DNA of 64,000 bases from Candidatus Parcubacteria bacterium (GTDB taxonomy: Bacteria; Patescibacteriota; Minisyncoccia; UBA6257; HR35). Numbering within the stretch: the first letter of the stretch is position 1; each line of letters opens with the position of its first letter. Positions 20,120 through 30,325 of the stretch are shown here, piece by piece. The stretch covers positions 143,915-207,914 of the forward strand of contig BPJI01000001.1 of assembly GCA_026004535.1 (NCBI GenBank). Reading direction: 5' to 3'. A program made the translations under genes and the position numbers. The notes beneath the pieces are model-generated. The model did no database searches. It was given only the letters and a program-made list of their open reading frames with translations, and had not been told where the DNA came from.

Positions 20120-20635
20120 ATGAAAACAAAAAAAGAAAAAGAAAAAATTTTAAAAGATTTGGTTGATAAATTTAAATCAGCTAAAGGTTATTTATTGGTA
20201 AGTTTGTTAAAATTACCAGCTGATTCTCAAAAAAGAATTAGGGATTTATTAAAAGAAAATAATTCTCTATTTCAGGTTGCTAAAAAAACGCTGGTTTATA
20301 AAGCAAATCCAGATTTCCCTTTTACCGATGAAGAATTAAAATTACCTTTTGCCTTTATTTGGAATTTTGATGAAAATTTATCTGGTTTTCAAGCTTTGAA
20401 AAATTTAAAGAAAGAAGGAATTGAATTAGAAATTTTAAAAGGTTATTTACAGGGCAAAGTTTTAAATAAAGAAGAAGTATTAGCTGTTATTAATTTACCA
20501 TCTAAAGAAGAATTGGTTGTTAAACTAATTGGCAGTTTGAAAAATCAAATTTACAGACTAGATAATTCTTTAAAATATCCATTAAATAAACTAATCTTAT
20601 TATTGTCGCAAATTAAATCAACTGATAAGCACTGA
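20120..20635 (+). CDS. rplJ: 50S ribosomal protein L10
   Basis: 171 aa; L10-like; immediately precedes rplL. Confidence 0.8.
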   Translation: MKTKKEKEKILKDLVDKFKSAKGYLLVSLLKLPADSQKRIRDLLKENNSLFQVAKKTLVYKANPDFPFTDEELKLPFAFIWNFDENLSGFQALKNLKKEGIELEILKGYLQGKVLNKEEVLAVINLPSKEELVVKLIGSLKNQIYRLDNSLKYPLNKLILLLSQIKSTDKH

Positions 20636-20694
20636 TTTAAATCCGCTTAAATAAGCGGTTGAGTAATTATCAGTGTAAATCAGTATGTTAAATA

Positions 20695-21069
20695 ATGGCT
20701 GAAAAAATTCAAAAAATTATTGATGAAATTTCTAACTTAACAGTTTTAGAACTTAATGAATTGGTCAAATTATTAGAAGATAAGTTTGGTGTTCAAGCAG
20801 TTGCTTTTCAGGTTCCGACTCAAGCTAAATCTGAGGCTCCGGTTGAAGAAGGATCAGCTAATGTTGATATAATTTTGGCTGATGCTGGTTCACAAAAGTT
20901 GAATGTTATTAAAATTATTCGAGAAATAAATCCTAACTTATCATTAAAAGAGGCTAAAGACATAGTCGATAATCCACCACAAAAGATTGCTGAAAAAGTT
21001 GAAAGAAAAAAAGCTGAAGAATGGTTAAAGAAATTTCAAGAAGCTGGAGCCAAAGTTGAGTTAAAATAG
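20695..21069 (+). CDS. rplL: 50S ribosomal protein L7/L12
   Basis: 124 aa; MAEKIQKIIDEISNLTVLELNELVKLLEDKFGV...; canonical C-terminal domain. Confidence 0.92.
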   Translation: MAEKIQKIIDEISNLTVLELNELVKLLEDKFGVQAVAFQVPTQAKSEAPVEEGSANVDIILADAGSQKLNVIKIIREINPNLSLKEAKDIVDNPPQKIAEKVERKKAEEWLKKFQEAGAKVELK

Positions 21070-21140
21070 CGCCTGTAGCTCAGCGGTAGAGCGTCTGTTT
21101 CACAGACAGAAGGTCGCTGGTTCAAATCCAGCCAGGCGCA
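21069..21140 (+). tRNA. tRNA-Val (anticodon CAC)
   Basis: gcgcctgtagctcagcggtagagcgtctgttTCACAGacagaaggtcgctggttcaaatccagccaggcgca. Confidence 0.8.
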
Positions 21141-21276
21141 GATAGAAGATTTAATTTGGATCTGTAGTTTATAGGACATTAAACTGTTCCTTATAGCTCC
21201 GGTCTTTCACTTTGATCGGGTCTGGAGCTCATCGGACGGCAAGCTGTCCTCACAGCCACAGTCCCTCGCTTCGCTC

Positions 21277-21350
21277 GGGCCTGTAGCTCAGTTGGTTAGA
21301 GCGCTGCCATGGCATGGCAGAGGTCGGGGGTTCGAGTCCCCCCAGGTCCA
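21277..21350 (+). tRNA. tRNA-Ala (anticodon GGC)
   Basis: gggcctgtagctcagttggttagagcgctgccatGGCatggcag...ggttcgagtccccccaggtcca; G3:U70 Ala identity pair present. Confidence 0.85.
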
Positions 21351-23207
21351 CTAATAACTTAAAGCATCGCAGTCAATTTCTTCAATTTCTATTCCTTCTA
21401 AAAGTTTTTTAAGGTTAAAATCAAGTTTTGGTTTAGTTTTAATAATTAATTCTAAAAAGAATCTTTTTCTAATTTTAAATGGCCGGGCAAAGATTGGACC
21501 AAAAATTTCTATTTCCGGGTTTTCTTTTTTTAGTCTTTCTTTAATGAAAAATAATTTCTCTTGAAGTTTTTTTAAATCTATACCCCCCTCTTTTAAAATA
21601 ACTAATCTCCGAAATGGCGGCAAACTATTAATTTCTCTTTCCTTTATTAATTCATTTATTATTTCTCCTGTTTTTATTTTTGCTTCAACTCGAGGATTAA
21701 TGATGTTACCAACTAAAAATATTTTTTCAGTTTTATTTTTAAAAAAATTTAAAATCCTGATAAATTTTTCTTTAACAAAAAAGTCCTGGGCAAAGTAAAA
21801 TTCATCAAAGTTATAGAAGAAAAAAGCATCAAAATTTTCAATTAGAGGATTAAGCAAAAGCAAACTCCCAATTAAAATATATCTTTCTTCTTGATTAAAC
21901 TCCTTGATTATTTTCTTACTTTCTTTTTCTAAAAAATAAATATTCTTTTTTTTATCAAAGTCATTATTTTCTGTCAGTTCTGCGTTAGTTCCACTTAGTT
22001 CTGCGTTAGTTATTGTTTTTATTAATTTATAAATAGCCTTAGCTCCCTTATGAGAAATTAAAAAACTCGATTTTTTCTTACAAAAAGGACAAATTTCGGG
22101 TAAGTTTTGATTTTTTAAACAATAAGAGCAGTAAATAAAATTTTCTTCAGCAGCCAAGAATTTACCGCAAATATTACAAGTTAAAGTTTGCAGACAAGAT
22201 TCACAAATCAAACGGTAGCCAAAAGTTTTTTCCGGAACAAAAATAACTATCTTCTTAAATTCTTTAATTTTATCTTCAAACTCTTTTTCTGAAATTCTTT
22301 CTATAACTACGAATTGTCGCGAATTATTATACGAATTCCCGCGAACATAACCTAAATTAAATTGTTGCGATTTATTCATGTTAATTTGTTTTTTTATTTG
22401 TGTTGATTCGTAAATTAATAAATCAAAAGAAGGTAAGTCAGAAATAGCTAAGTATTTTATCTTATTAATTTCAGCGAATTTTAAAAATATTTTGCGATAA
22501 TCAAAATAAGGTGGTTTGAAAAATTCTTTGTAAAAAAACGAGCCTTCATCATAAACAATTAATTGATCTAAATTTTGCCAAGGCAAAAATATTGAGTTTT
22601 TATTACCAATAAAGGTTTCTTGATTGGTGCTAGTAATTTTTTCTAAAAGAGAAAAGAAACTTTTTTGTTGGGGCAAAATTAAATTTGCTTGAGGCAAAAT
22701 CTGTTTTAAATATTCTAAATAATTTTCTTGAGGAACAATAATTAAACTTTTTTTATTTTTTAAAATATTTTCATTAAGTTGAGACAAAACTTCAATTTCA
22801 AATTTTTTATTTAATCCGCGTTGATCCGTGTTTGATCTGCGTAAATCAGTAGCCATCATTTTCTTATAAGGGAAAAATAAAGATAAAGCAGTAGCTAAAG
22901 AAATATTGCTGTAATTTTTTAACCAAAAAGCTAATTGAAGTTGCTGTTTAGTTAATAAAGGCGAAGGATTAATAATTTTTAAGACAGGTTTTAATTGAAG
23001 TTTTTTTTCTTTTAACAGGGCTCTTCTTTTTTCAATTGATTCAAGATTAAAAACATAACCTGGTATTTTTCTTTTTTTGAATTCAACTTCAACAATAGCT
23101 CCTCTTTTGATTTTCTTTTCTGAGAAATAAGAGAAAAAATCAGGCGCATTGCTCGGTAATCTAATTAGTGGTATAATATCTATAATTAAATATTTTGATT
23201 TAATCAT
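21351..23207 (-). CDS. priA: Primosomal protein N' (PriA)-like, with Cys4 zinc-binding region but no recognisable Walker A; carries two in-frame repeat inserts
   Basis: 618 aa; N-terminal 3'-DNA-binding-like region; LIIVPQENYLEYLKQ (helicase motif Ia-like); YDEGS; CESCLQTLTCNICGK...CSYC...CPFC; inserts ATDLRRSNTDQRGLN and ITNAELSGTNAELTENND. Confidence 0.65.
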   Translation of the reverse strand: MIKSKYLIIDIIPLIRLPSNAPDFFSYFSEKKIKRGAIVEVEFKKRKIPGYVFNLESIEKRRALLKEKKLQLKPVLKIINPSPLLTKQQLQLAFWLKNYSNISLATALSLFFPYKKMMATDLRRSNTDQRGLNKKFEIEVLSQLNENILKNKKSLIIVPQENYLEYLKQILPQANLILPQQKSFFSLLEKITSTNQETFIGNKNSIFLPWQNLDQLIVYDEGSFFYKEFFKPPYFDYRKIFLKFAEINKIKYLAISDLPSFDLLIYESTQIKKQINMNKSQQFNLGYVRGNSYNNSRQFVVIERISEKEFEDKIKEFKKIVIFVPEKTFGYRLICESCLQTLTCNICGKFLAAEENFIYCSYCLKNQNLPEICPFCKKKSSFLISHKGAKAIYKLIKTITNAELSGTNAELTENNDFDKKKNIYFLEKESKKIIKEFNQEERYILIGSLLLLNPLIENFDAFFFYNFDEFYFAQDFFVKEKFIRILNFFKNKTEKIFLVGNIINPRVEAKIKTGEIINELIKEREINSLPPFRRLVILKEGGIDLKKLQEKLFFIKERLKKENPEIEIFGPIFARPFKIRKRFFLELIIKTKPKLDFNLKKLLEGIEIEEIDCDALSY

Positions 23208-24216
23208 GATTTTTAAAGTTGGGATTGACTTAGGTACAGCTAATACTAATGTTTATTTGCCTGGTAAGGGAGTAGTTATTACTGAACCAACTGTTGTTGC
23301 TTATGATGAGATAAGTCAAAGAATTATTGCTGTTGGTAAAGAAGCTAAAGAAATGATCGGTAAAACACCAAGCGAAATTAAAATTTACCGACCACTTAAA
23401 GAAGGAGTTATTGCCGATTATAAAGCTACTTTAGCAATTTTAAGACATTTTTTAAATAAACTCAAATTAACGAGATTTTTCAAACCAATATTAGTTGTTT
23501 CTGTTCCAGCTGGTATTACTTCAACTGAAAAAAGAGCAATTATTGATGCCGCCTTAGAAGCTGGTGTTAGAGAAGTCCATCCGATTAAAGAGCCTATTTT
23601 AGCTGCTTTAGGAGCCGAAATGCCGATTCAAGGCCCACTAGGTAATATGATCGTTAATATTGGTGGTGGGACAACAGAAATAGCTGTTATTTCTTTAGGT
23701 GGAATTGTTGCTTTTGAATCATTAAAAATCGCCGGCGATAAAATGGACGAAGCAATTAGAGAGTATTTAAGAAGAAAATTTAACTTAGCTGTTGGTGAAA
23801 AAACTGCCGAAAAGATAAAAATTGAAATTGGTTCAGCCTTAATGAGACAAAAGAATAATAATCATTTATCTTTAGATGTTAGTGGTGTTGATTTAATTTC
23901 TGGTTTACCAAAGCAGATTAAACTCTATTCATTTCAGGTGGCTGAATCATTGCAAAAAGAATTAAGAGAAATTGTTATTGGCGTCAAAAGGGTTTTAGCT
24001 GAAACTTTGCCTGAATTAGTTGCTGATATTATGGAGAGAGGAATTTTTTTATCTGGTGGTGGTGCTCTACTAAGAGATATTGATGTTTTGGTTTCTGAAC
24101 AAACAGGAGTTAAGGCTTTTATTGTTGATGATCCTTTATATTCGGTCGCTCGCGGCACAGGTAAAGTTTTAGAAAAAATTGATCTTTATACTAAATTAGT
24201 TCAAAGCCACTTATGA
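23206..24216 (+). CDS. mreB: Rod-shape protein MreB
   Basis: ATG at 23206 (MIFKVGIDLGTANT...); actin-fold phosphate motifs; the ORF-track start at 23149 is an upstream extension. Confidence 0.9.
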   Translation: MIFKVGIDLGTANTNVYLPGKGVVITEPTVVAYDEISQRIIAVGKEAKEMIGKTPSEIKIYRPLKEGVIADYKATLAILRHFLNKLKLTRFFKPILVVSVPAGITSTEKRAIIDAALEAGVREVHPIKEPILAALGAEMPIQGPLGNMIVNIGGGTTEIAVISLGGIVAFESLKIAGDKMDEAIREYLRRKFNLAVGEKTAEKIKIEIGSALMRQKNNNHLSLDVSGVDLISGLPKQIKLYSFQVAESLQKELREIVIGVKRVLAETLPELVADIMERGIFLSGGGALLRDIDVLVSEQTGVKAFIVDDPLYSVARGTGKVLEKIDLYTKLVQSHL

Positions 24217-24998
24217 TCTACGGCAATTTAAAAGAGCAAAAAATTGTTAAAGAGCTAATTGAAAAAAATAAATCACCAATTTTAATTATTGGGCCAGAAG
24301 GCGTAGGCAAGTTCTCTTTTGTTTTAGAATTTATCAAAGATAAAGATTATGAAAAAATAATTTTTAATTCACCAGAAAGATCCTTTAAAATTGACTCAGC
24401 TCGTTTTTTAGTTTCTCTAAGTCAAAGAAAAAGCAAGAAAAGAATTATTGTAATTAATGATGTTCATAAGTTTTCTTATCCTAGCCCACAAATTATTCAA
24501 GGACCACTTCTAAAAACCTTAGAAGAAACTCCCTCAGAAACAATTTTCATTTTAATTACTCATAAACAACACAAAATTTTGCCAACAATTAGGTCTCGAA
24601 GTATTCAGGTAAAATTTGGCTTGGTTAGCAAAGAAGAAACACTAAAATTTCTAAAAGAAAATAATTTCAATGATGAGGAAATTAATTATGCTTTAAATTT
24701 TTATCCTCATCAACCAGGTAAAGCTTTAAAATTATTAACCGAAAAAAAGAAATTAGAAATTTTTAGGCAATTTATTATTAACCAAGATTTTGATTTAGAA
24801 AATTTAAAAAATTATTTCAACTTAAATGAGTTTTTAGAAAATTATATTTTATTTAAACGTAATGAGCTATTAAAAAAAATAAATAAACCACTAACTAAAG
24901 AAATTTATCATCTTAAAGAAGCCTTAGATCTTTATTATAATTCTGACTATAATTTAAATTTTGAGCTTCAATTAGCTAATTTGATTTTAAATAATTAA
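24213..24998 (+). CDS. holB: DNA polymerase III clamp-loader delta'-like AAA+ protein
   Basis: 261 aa; P-loop-like GPEGVGKFSF; AAA+ clamp-loader-like layout. Confidence 0.5.
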   Translation: MIYGNLKEQKIVKELIEKNKSPILIIGPEGVGKFSFVLEFIKDKDYEKIIFNSPERSFKIDSARFLVSLSQRKSKKRIIVINDVHKFSYPSPQIIQGPLLKTLEETPSETIFILITHKQHKILPTIRSRSIQVKFGLVSKEETLKFLKENNFNDEEINYALNFYPHQPGKALKLLTEKKKLEIFRQFIINQDFDLENLKNYFNLNEFLENYILFKRNELLKKINKPLTKEIYHLKEALDLYYNSDYNLNFELQLANLILNN

Positions 24999-25001
24999 AT
25001 A

Positions 25002-25163
25002 ATGGATAGTGCTTTTAAAACATTAAAAAATATTGTTTTAATACTTTTAGTCGTTTATATTATTTCTTTTTTAATCTATACTGATTTTTTAATTAATTTA
25101 GCCAAAACCAATCCTAAATTTGATTTTAGTCGTTATTTATTTAAAATTTTAAACCTAGAATGA
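25002..25163 (+). CDS. Possible small TM protein (53 aa) whose stop overlaps the frr start (ATGA)
   Basis: MDSAFKTLKNIVLILLVVYIISFLIYTDFL...; not in the ORF track (<60 aa); speculative. Confidence 0.25.
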   Translation: MDSAFKTLKNIVLILLVVYIISFLIYTDFLINLAKTNPKFDFSRYLFKILNLE

Positions 25164-25702
25164 TCGAAGATTTAAAAAAGGAACTAGGTAAAACATTGAA
25201 TGAATTTAAAGAGAGATTAAAAGAAATAAGATCCCATAAGCTTTCTTTAGGTTTTTTAGAAAATTTAGAAATTTCCCTTTATCACTCAAAATATCCTTTA
25301 AAAGCTCTTTGTTTAATATCGCAAATTGATCCTTTAACTTTTCGCTTAGAACCTTATGACCCTAATTCTTTAAAAGAGATTGAGATTGCTCTTTTGGAAA
25401 GGAAGATGGGAATTTCAGTAATTAAAGAAAAAAATAGTTTATTAGTTAAATTTCCACCATTAACTGAAGAAGCAAAAAAAGAAATAATCAAATCTTTAAA
25501 TAATTTAAAAGAAGAAATAAGAGTTAAAGGTAGAATAACCAGGGATGAATTTTTGAAAAGGTTGAAAGCTGATAAAGAAGAGGGTAAGATTTCCGAGGAT
25601 TATTTTTATAAAACTAAAGAGAATTTTGACAAAGAAATTGATAAATTTAATCAAGAGGTCGAGAACATTTTCAAACAAAAAGAAAAAGAAATTTTGTCAT
25701 GA
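25160..25702 (+). CDS. frr: Ribosome recycling factor
   Basis: 180 aa; RRF-like along its whole length. Confidence 0.85.
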   Translation: MIEDLKKELGKTLNEFKERLKEIRSHKLSLGFLENLEISLYHSKYPLKALCLISQIDPLTFRLEPYDPNSLKEIEIALLERKMGISVIKEKNSLLVKFPPLTEEAKKEIIKSLNNLKEEIRVKGRITRDEFLKRLKADKEEGKISEDYFYKTKENFDKEIDKFNQEVENIFKQKEKEILS

Positions 25703-26718
25703 CCCTGATTGCTTTTTTATTTTTTATTGGTTTGTTAATTTTAGTTCATGAATTAGGGCATTTTCTCGGTGCTAAAAAGGTTGGTCTTAAAGTTGAAGAA
25801 TTTTCAATCGGTTTCCCACCAAAAATTTTTTCCAAAAAAATTAAAGATACGGTTTATTCTTTAGGCTTAATTTTATTTGGTGGTTATGTTAAATTAAAAG
25901 GCGAAAATGATCCGCAGGATTTAGAAGGGTTTTTAAATTTAAAACCAATAAAGAAATTAATCGTTGTTTTAGCTGGCATCTTTTTTAACATTATTTTGGC
26001 TTACTTTTTCTTTGCTTTTAGTTTAAATCTAGGTTATCCAGTTGAGACAAATAAAATTTTTGTTTCTGGTTTTTTAAATAAAAATACTCAGGGTTATAAA
26101 TATTTTAAGATCGGCGATGAAATTGTGGCTGTTAAAATTAATGATAAAATCTTTAAACCAGAAAGTCCTCTTGCTTTATCTAAATTTTTAAAGGAAAATC
26201 AAGGTAAAGAAGTTGAAATTTTTTATTTAAGAGATGGTCAAGAATTATCAGCTAAAGTTGTGCCACCAGTTGGTTTTTACATAGCTAATTTTAAATTAGA
26301 AAAAACCTCCTTGCCCTATAGTTTCATTTTAGCTTTTGAAAAAACTTTTACTTCTTTTAAAAAAATAATTTTTGGTTTTGGTCAGGCAATTAAAAGTTTA
26401 ATCACTAAAGAAAAAATTGATTTAGAGATAATTGGACCAGTTGGCATTTATAATTTATTTGACAATTTTAAAAATTTTGGTTTAGGTTATTTATTTTATT
26501 TTTTAGCTGTTTTATCTTTAAATTTAGCTTTTATTAATCTTTTACCTTTTCCAGCTTTAGATGGTGGTCGAGCGATTTTTATTATTTTTGAAATTTTAAC
26601 TCGCAAAAGAATTAATTACCAAAAAGAAGAAATAATTCATCGACTTGGTTTTATTTTTTTACTGTTTTTACTTCTAGTGGTCACTTTTAAAGATATTTAT
26701 AAATTATGGTTCAAATAG
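25699..26718 (+). CDS. rseP: Site-2 protease RseP (M50 zinc metalloprotease)
   Basis: HELGHF zinc motif in TM1; PDZ-like middle region; LDGG motif. Confidence 0.85.
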   Translation: MTLIAFLFFIGLLILVHELGHFLGAKKVGLKVEEFSIGFPPKIFSKKIKDTVYSLGLILFGGYVKLKGENDPQDLEGFLNLKPIKKLIVVLAGIFFNIILAYFFFAFSLNLGYPVETNKIFVSGFLNKNTQGYKYFKIGDEIVAVKINDKIFKPESPLALSKFLKENQGKEVEIFYLRDGQELSAKVVPPVGFYIANFKLEKTSLPYSFILAFEKTFTSFKKIIFGFGQAIKSLITKEKIDLEIIGPVGIYNLFDNFKNFGLGYLFYFLAVLSLNLAFINLLPFPALDGGRAIFIIFEILTRKRINYQKEEIIHRLGFIFLLFLLLVVTFKDIYKLWFK

Positions 26719-28205
26719 GGAAAGGAAATTTTTCTGACTGGTATATTAACCTTATTTTAAAAGCTAACCTGATTGATTATGGGCCAGTTAAGGGCACGAT
26801 TGTTTTTAAGCCTTATGGTTATCGAATTTGGGAAAAATTAATGTTTATTGTTGATAATGAAATCAAACAATTTGGCACACAAAATGTTTACTTCCCAATT
26901 TTTATTCCCGAAAGTTTTTTAAGCAAAGAAAAAGAACACTTAGAAGGTTTTTCACCTGAGGTAGCCGTGGTAACTTATGCCGGTGGCGAAGAGTTAAAAG
27001 AAAAATTGATTGTTAGACCAACTTCAGAAACAATAATGTATCCAATTGTGGCTAAATGGATTAAATCTTATCGTGACCTACCTTTAATTATCAATCAATG
27101 GACAAATGTTATTCGTTGGGAAAAAAGACCATTTCCTTTTATTCGCAATACTGAATTTTTATGGCACGAAGGGCACAGTTTGCACTCTAGTCACCAATCA
27201 GCCTTAGAATTAGTTTTTAAAGTTTTAGCTATGTATCAAAAGATTTATCAAGATGTTTTGTGTATCTATGGTGTTAGCGGCAGAAAATCAGAATCAGAAA
27301 AATTTGCTGGTGCCTTGGCAACTTATACTTATGAAATTTTAATGCCTGATGGCAAAGCTTTGCAAGGCTGTACTTCTCATGATTTAGGTCAAAATTTTGC
27401 CAAGGTTTTTAATGTTCGTTTTCAAGATAAAGATAAAAAATTAAAATATGTTTGGCAAACATCATGGGCAATAACAACTCGAGCTATCGGTGCTTTAATT
27501 GGTGTTCATGGTGATGATTATGGTTTGATTTTGCCGCCAAAAATTGCGCCTTATCAAGTTGTTGTTATCCCTATTTATGATAAAAAGCATGATAAAAAAA
27601 TAAGGGCTTTTATTGAAGATATACAAAAAGAACTGACGCAAGTATATATTTCTGTAAGTTCTGCGTTATTTCCGCGTCTTTCTGCATTAGATATTTATGT
27701 TGATGATTCAGAACATACGCCTGGTTATAAATTTAATGAATGGGAATTAAAAGGCGCACCACTAAGAATTGAAATTGGTTATCAAGAATTGAAAAATCAA
27801 ACTTTAACTTGTTTTCGGCGAGATAAAAGAGAAAGATTTAAATTAAAATTAAATGAATTAAAAAATAATCTCAGTAATATTTTTACTGAGATTGAAAAAA
27901 ATTTATTTTTAAGATCAAAAGAATTTACTGAAAAAAATACTTATTTTGTTAAGGATTACCAGGAGTTTAAAAAAATTATGAAAACAAAAAGAGGATTTAT
28001 TCAAGCTTATTGGTGCGAAAAAGAAGAATGTGAGAGTAAAATTAAGGAAGAGACAAAAGCAACAACAAGATGTCTTCCTTTGGATATTAAAAATTCGCGG
28101 ATTACGAATTATAAGTTACGACTTACAAATTACAGTTCAAAGGGAAAATGTGTTTATTGTGGTAAAAAAGCCAGAAATGTCTGGCTTTTTGCCCAGAGCT
28201 ATTAA
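26706..28205 (+). CDS. proS: Prolyl-tRNA synthetase (archaeal/eukaryotic-type class II) with two short repeat-derived inserts
   Basis: 499 aa; class II motifs; C-terminal Zn-binding C..C and ...FAQSY end; inserts VSSALFPRLSALD and NSRITNYKLRLTNYSS. Confidence 0.85.
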   Translation: MVQIGKGNFSDWYINLILKANLIDYGPVKGTIVFKPYGYRIWEKLMFIVDNEIKQFGTQNVYFPIFIPESFLSKEKEHLEGFSPEVAVVTYAGGEELKEKLIVRPTSETIMYPIVAKWIKSYRDLPLIINQWTNVIRWEKRPFPFIRNTEFLWHEGHSLHSSHQSALELVFKVLAMYQKIYQDVLCIYGVSGRKSESEKFAGALATYTYEILMPDGKALQGCTSHDLGQNFAKVFNVRFQDKDKKLKYVWQTSWAITTRAIGALIGVHGDDYGLILPPKIAPYQVVVIPIYDKKHDKKIRAFIEDIQKELTQVYISVSSALFPRLSALDIYVDDSEHTPGYKFNEWELKGAPLRIEIGYQELKNQTLTCFRRDKRERFKLKLNELKNNLSNIFTEIEKNLFLRSKEFTEKNTYFVKDYQEFKKIMKTKRGFIQAYWCEKEECESKIKEETKATTRCLPLDIKNSRITNYKLRLTNYSSKGKCVYCGKKARNVWLFAQSY

Positions 28206-29218
28206 TGATCAAAATTAGAAAAGAATTATTTATTGCTATTGATTTAGGAACTTCTTATACCAAAGTTTACGTTAAGGAATTAGGCATGGTTGAAGAATTG
28301 CCGACTGTTATTGCTTTGAATCGTAGAAATAGAAGTGTTATTAGTTTTGGCGAGGAAGCTAAAAAAATGATTGGTCGTAATCCCCAAAATATTGATGTTG
28401 TCAGGCCAGTTCTTAGAGGAATTGTGACTCATTTTGATGAAGCTTTAATCTTTTTAGAAAATGTTTTGGAAAAAATAAAAAAAGATTTTTTGCCTCTTTT
28501 TGGTTTAAAGTTGATAATCGGTATCCCCTTAGATCTAACTGAAGTTCAGAAAAAAGGAGTAGTAGATGTTGGTTTAGGAGCCGGAGCCAAAGAGGTTTAT
28601 TTAGTTGAAGAACCAGTAGCTGCTGCTTTGGGTGCTAATTTAGACATTGAACAAGCCAAGGGTATTTTAATTGTTGATATTGGTGGCGGCACAACTGATA
28701 TCGCTTTAATTTCTTTAGGCGGTGTTGTTTTGGGTAAAAGCATTAGGATCGGTGGTGATACTTTTAATGAAAGTATAATCAATTATTTAAAATCAAAATA
28801 TGGTTTAATTATTGGTGAAGGTCAGGCTGAAGAAGCGAAAATTTCAATTGGCACAATCAATTTAAAATCAGGTAGTTTTTTAATTAAAGGCAGAGATATT
28901 TTAACTGGTTTGCCTAAAGAAATTAATTTTTTCAGCCAAGATTTAAGGGAAAGCATCTTAGAAAATTTAGATGATATAGTTTTAAATGTGAAAGATATCA
29001 TAAATCTATCTCCGCCAGATCTTTTGGGCGATATTAGTTCTTCAGGGATTTATCTTTCAGGCGGTGGTTCTTTGATTGATGGTATCGATAATTTTTTAGA
29101 AAAAGAAATTAAACTTAAAATTAATTTAGTTGAAGAACCAAAATATGCTGTTATTCGCGGTTTGGGAAAAATCGTTGAAGATTTTGTTCATTTTAAAAAA
29201 TTAATCAACTATGCTTAG
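28205..29218 (+). CDS. Second MreB-family actin homologue
   Basis: 337 aa; IAIDLGTSYTKVY...; DIGGGTTD. Confidence 0.85.
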   Translation: MIKIRKELFIAIDLGTSYTKVYVKELGMVEELPTVIALNRRNRSVISFGEEAKKMIGRNPQNIDVVRPVLRGIVTHFDEALIFLENVLEKIKKDFLPLFGLKLIIGIPLDLTEVQKKGVVDVGLGAGAKEVYLVEEPVAAALGANLDIEQAKGILIVDIGGGTTDIALISLGGVVLGKSIRIGGDTFNESIINYLKSKYGLIIGEGQAEEAKISIGTINLKSGSFLIKGRDILTGLPKEINFFSQDLRESILENLDDIVLNVKDIINLSPPDLLGDISSSGIYLSGGGSLIDGIDNFLEKEIKLKINLVEEPKYAVIRGLGKIVEDFVHFKKLINYA

Positions 29219-29930
29219 AAAAAAAATTAAAAATATATTTTTTGTTTTGCTGGCTAGTCTTTTGTTTTTCTGGTTTAGTCAAAAAGTTTATGCTCAGCAA
29301 GAAGTTTTTTTTAATTTATCTTTAGGTTGGCAAAATTTAATTAAAAATCTTTGGCAAAAAATCTTTCCTCAAACCGAAGACGATGCTTATAAAGAAAAAT
29401 ACTATGAACTTTTACAGGAATTGGCTAAATTAAAATTAACTCTAAAACAAATCAAGGAAACTGAAATAATAACTAATCGAGAAAAATATCTACCTAATCT
29501 AACCGAAGCTAAAATTTTAAAAATCGACCCTCTTGGCTATATTTACGCCGAAAATCCAGGAATTAAGGAGGAAGCAATTGTTCTTGATCAAAACTGGTCA
29601 TTAGTTGGTAAAGTGGTTAAGGTTAGTAAAAATTATTTAGTTGTGGCTTCTTTAAATTTGCCCGGAATTGAATTTAATACTGCTAATATAGATGGTGAAC
29701 TTTTGGGTTTAGGGAAAACAATTTCTAATGGTTTTTTGGAAGTTAATTTTATTGATCCCAAACTTAAAATAAAAATTAATGACTTTGTTTTAACTTATGG
29801 TGATGATAATTATCCCTCAGGCTTTTTAGTTGGTACAGTTAATAAAATTAATAAAACTCAATTAGGCCAACAAATAATTGTTAAACTTTCCTTTAATCTT
29901 GATTCGGGCAAGATTTATTTAATTAAATGA
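29211..29930 (+). CDS. mreC: Rod-shape protein MreC
   Basis: Signal/TM, coiled-coil, then beta-domain (…VVKVSKNYLVVASLNLPGIEF…GLGKT…); follows mreB. Confidence 0.75.
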   Translation: MLRKKIKNIFFVLLASLLFFWFSQKVYAQQEVFFNLSLGWQNLIKNLWQKIFPQTEDDAYKEKYYELLQELAKLKLTLKQIKETEIITNREKYLPNLTEAKILKIDPLGYIYAENPGIKEEAIVLDQNWSLVGKVVKVSKNYLVVASLNLPGIEFNTANIDGELLGLGKTISNGFLEVNFIDPKLKIKINDFVLTYGDDNYPSGFLVGTVNKINKTQLGQQIIVKLSFNLDSGKIYLIK

Positions 29931-30325
29931 TTCTTGATTTATTATTTTTAATTTTTATTCAGCCCTTAGTAATTTCAATTTTTTTCTTTTTAGCGCCAGT
30001 TCTTAAATATTTTTTTCAAAACAAAAACGAAAAGCTAATTTTAAATTTAGTTATTTTTTCCTTAATCACTGATTTAATTTTTATTAAACCATTAGGATTT
30101 TTTTTACTAATAACCTCTTTGGCTTTATTTTTAATTTCCTTATTGGAAAAATTTTTAGGCACTACTTATTTTTATCAAAAATTAATTTATCTTTTGATTT
30201 TTAATCTCATTTTTTTAGGTTTATTTTTATATTTAACAACCAAACAAATTTTCGTTCCCTTTTTGCTTAAATTTTTAATTTTTAATATAATTTTTCAACT
30301 AATCTATCTTTTTATCAGAAAATGA
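29927..30325 (+). CDS. mreD: Rod-shape protein MreD (polytopic membrane)
   Basis: 132 aa; highly hydrophobic; position between mreC and PBP2. Confidence 0.55.
   Translation: MILDLLFLIFIQPLVISIFFFLAPVLKYFFQNKNEKLILNLVIFSLITDLIFIKPLGFFLLITSLALFLISLLEKFLGTTYFYQKLIYLLIFNLIFLGLFLYLTTKQIFVPFLLKFLIFNIIFQLIYLFIRK

Noticed and set aside
20641-20664. Hairpin atccgcttaaataagcggtt between rplJ and rplL as a terminator
   Set aside because: There is no downstream T-run. It is more likely a weak attenuator or RNA-stability element within the rplJL operon, and too uncertain to list as a feature.
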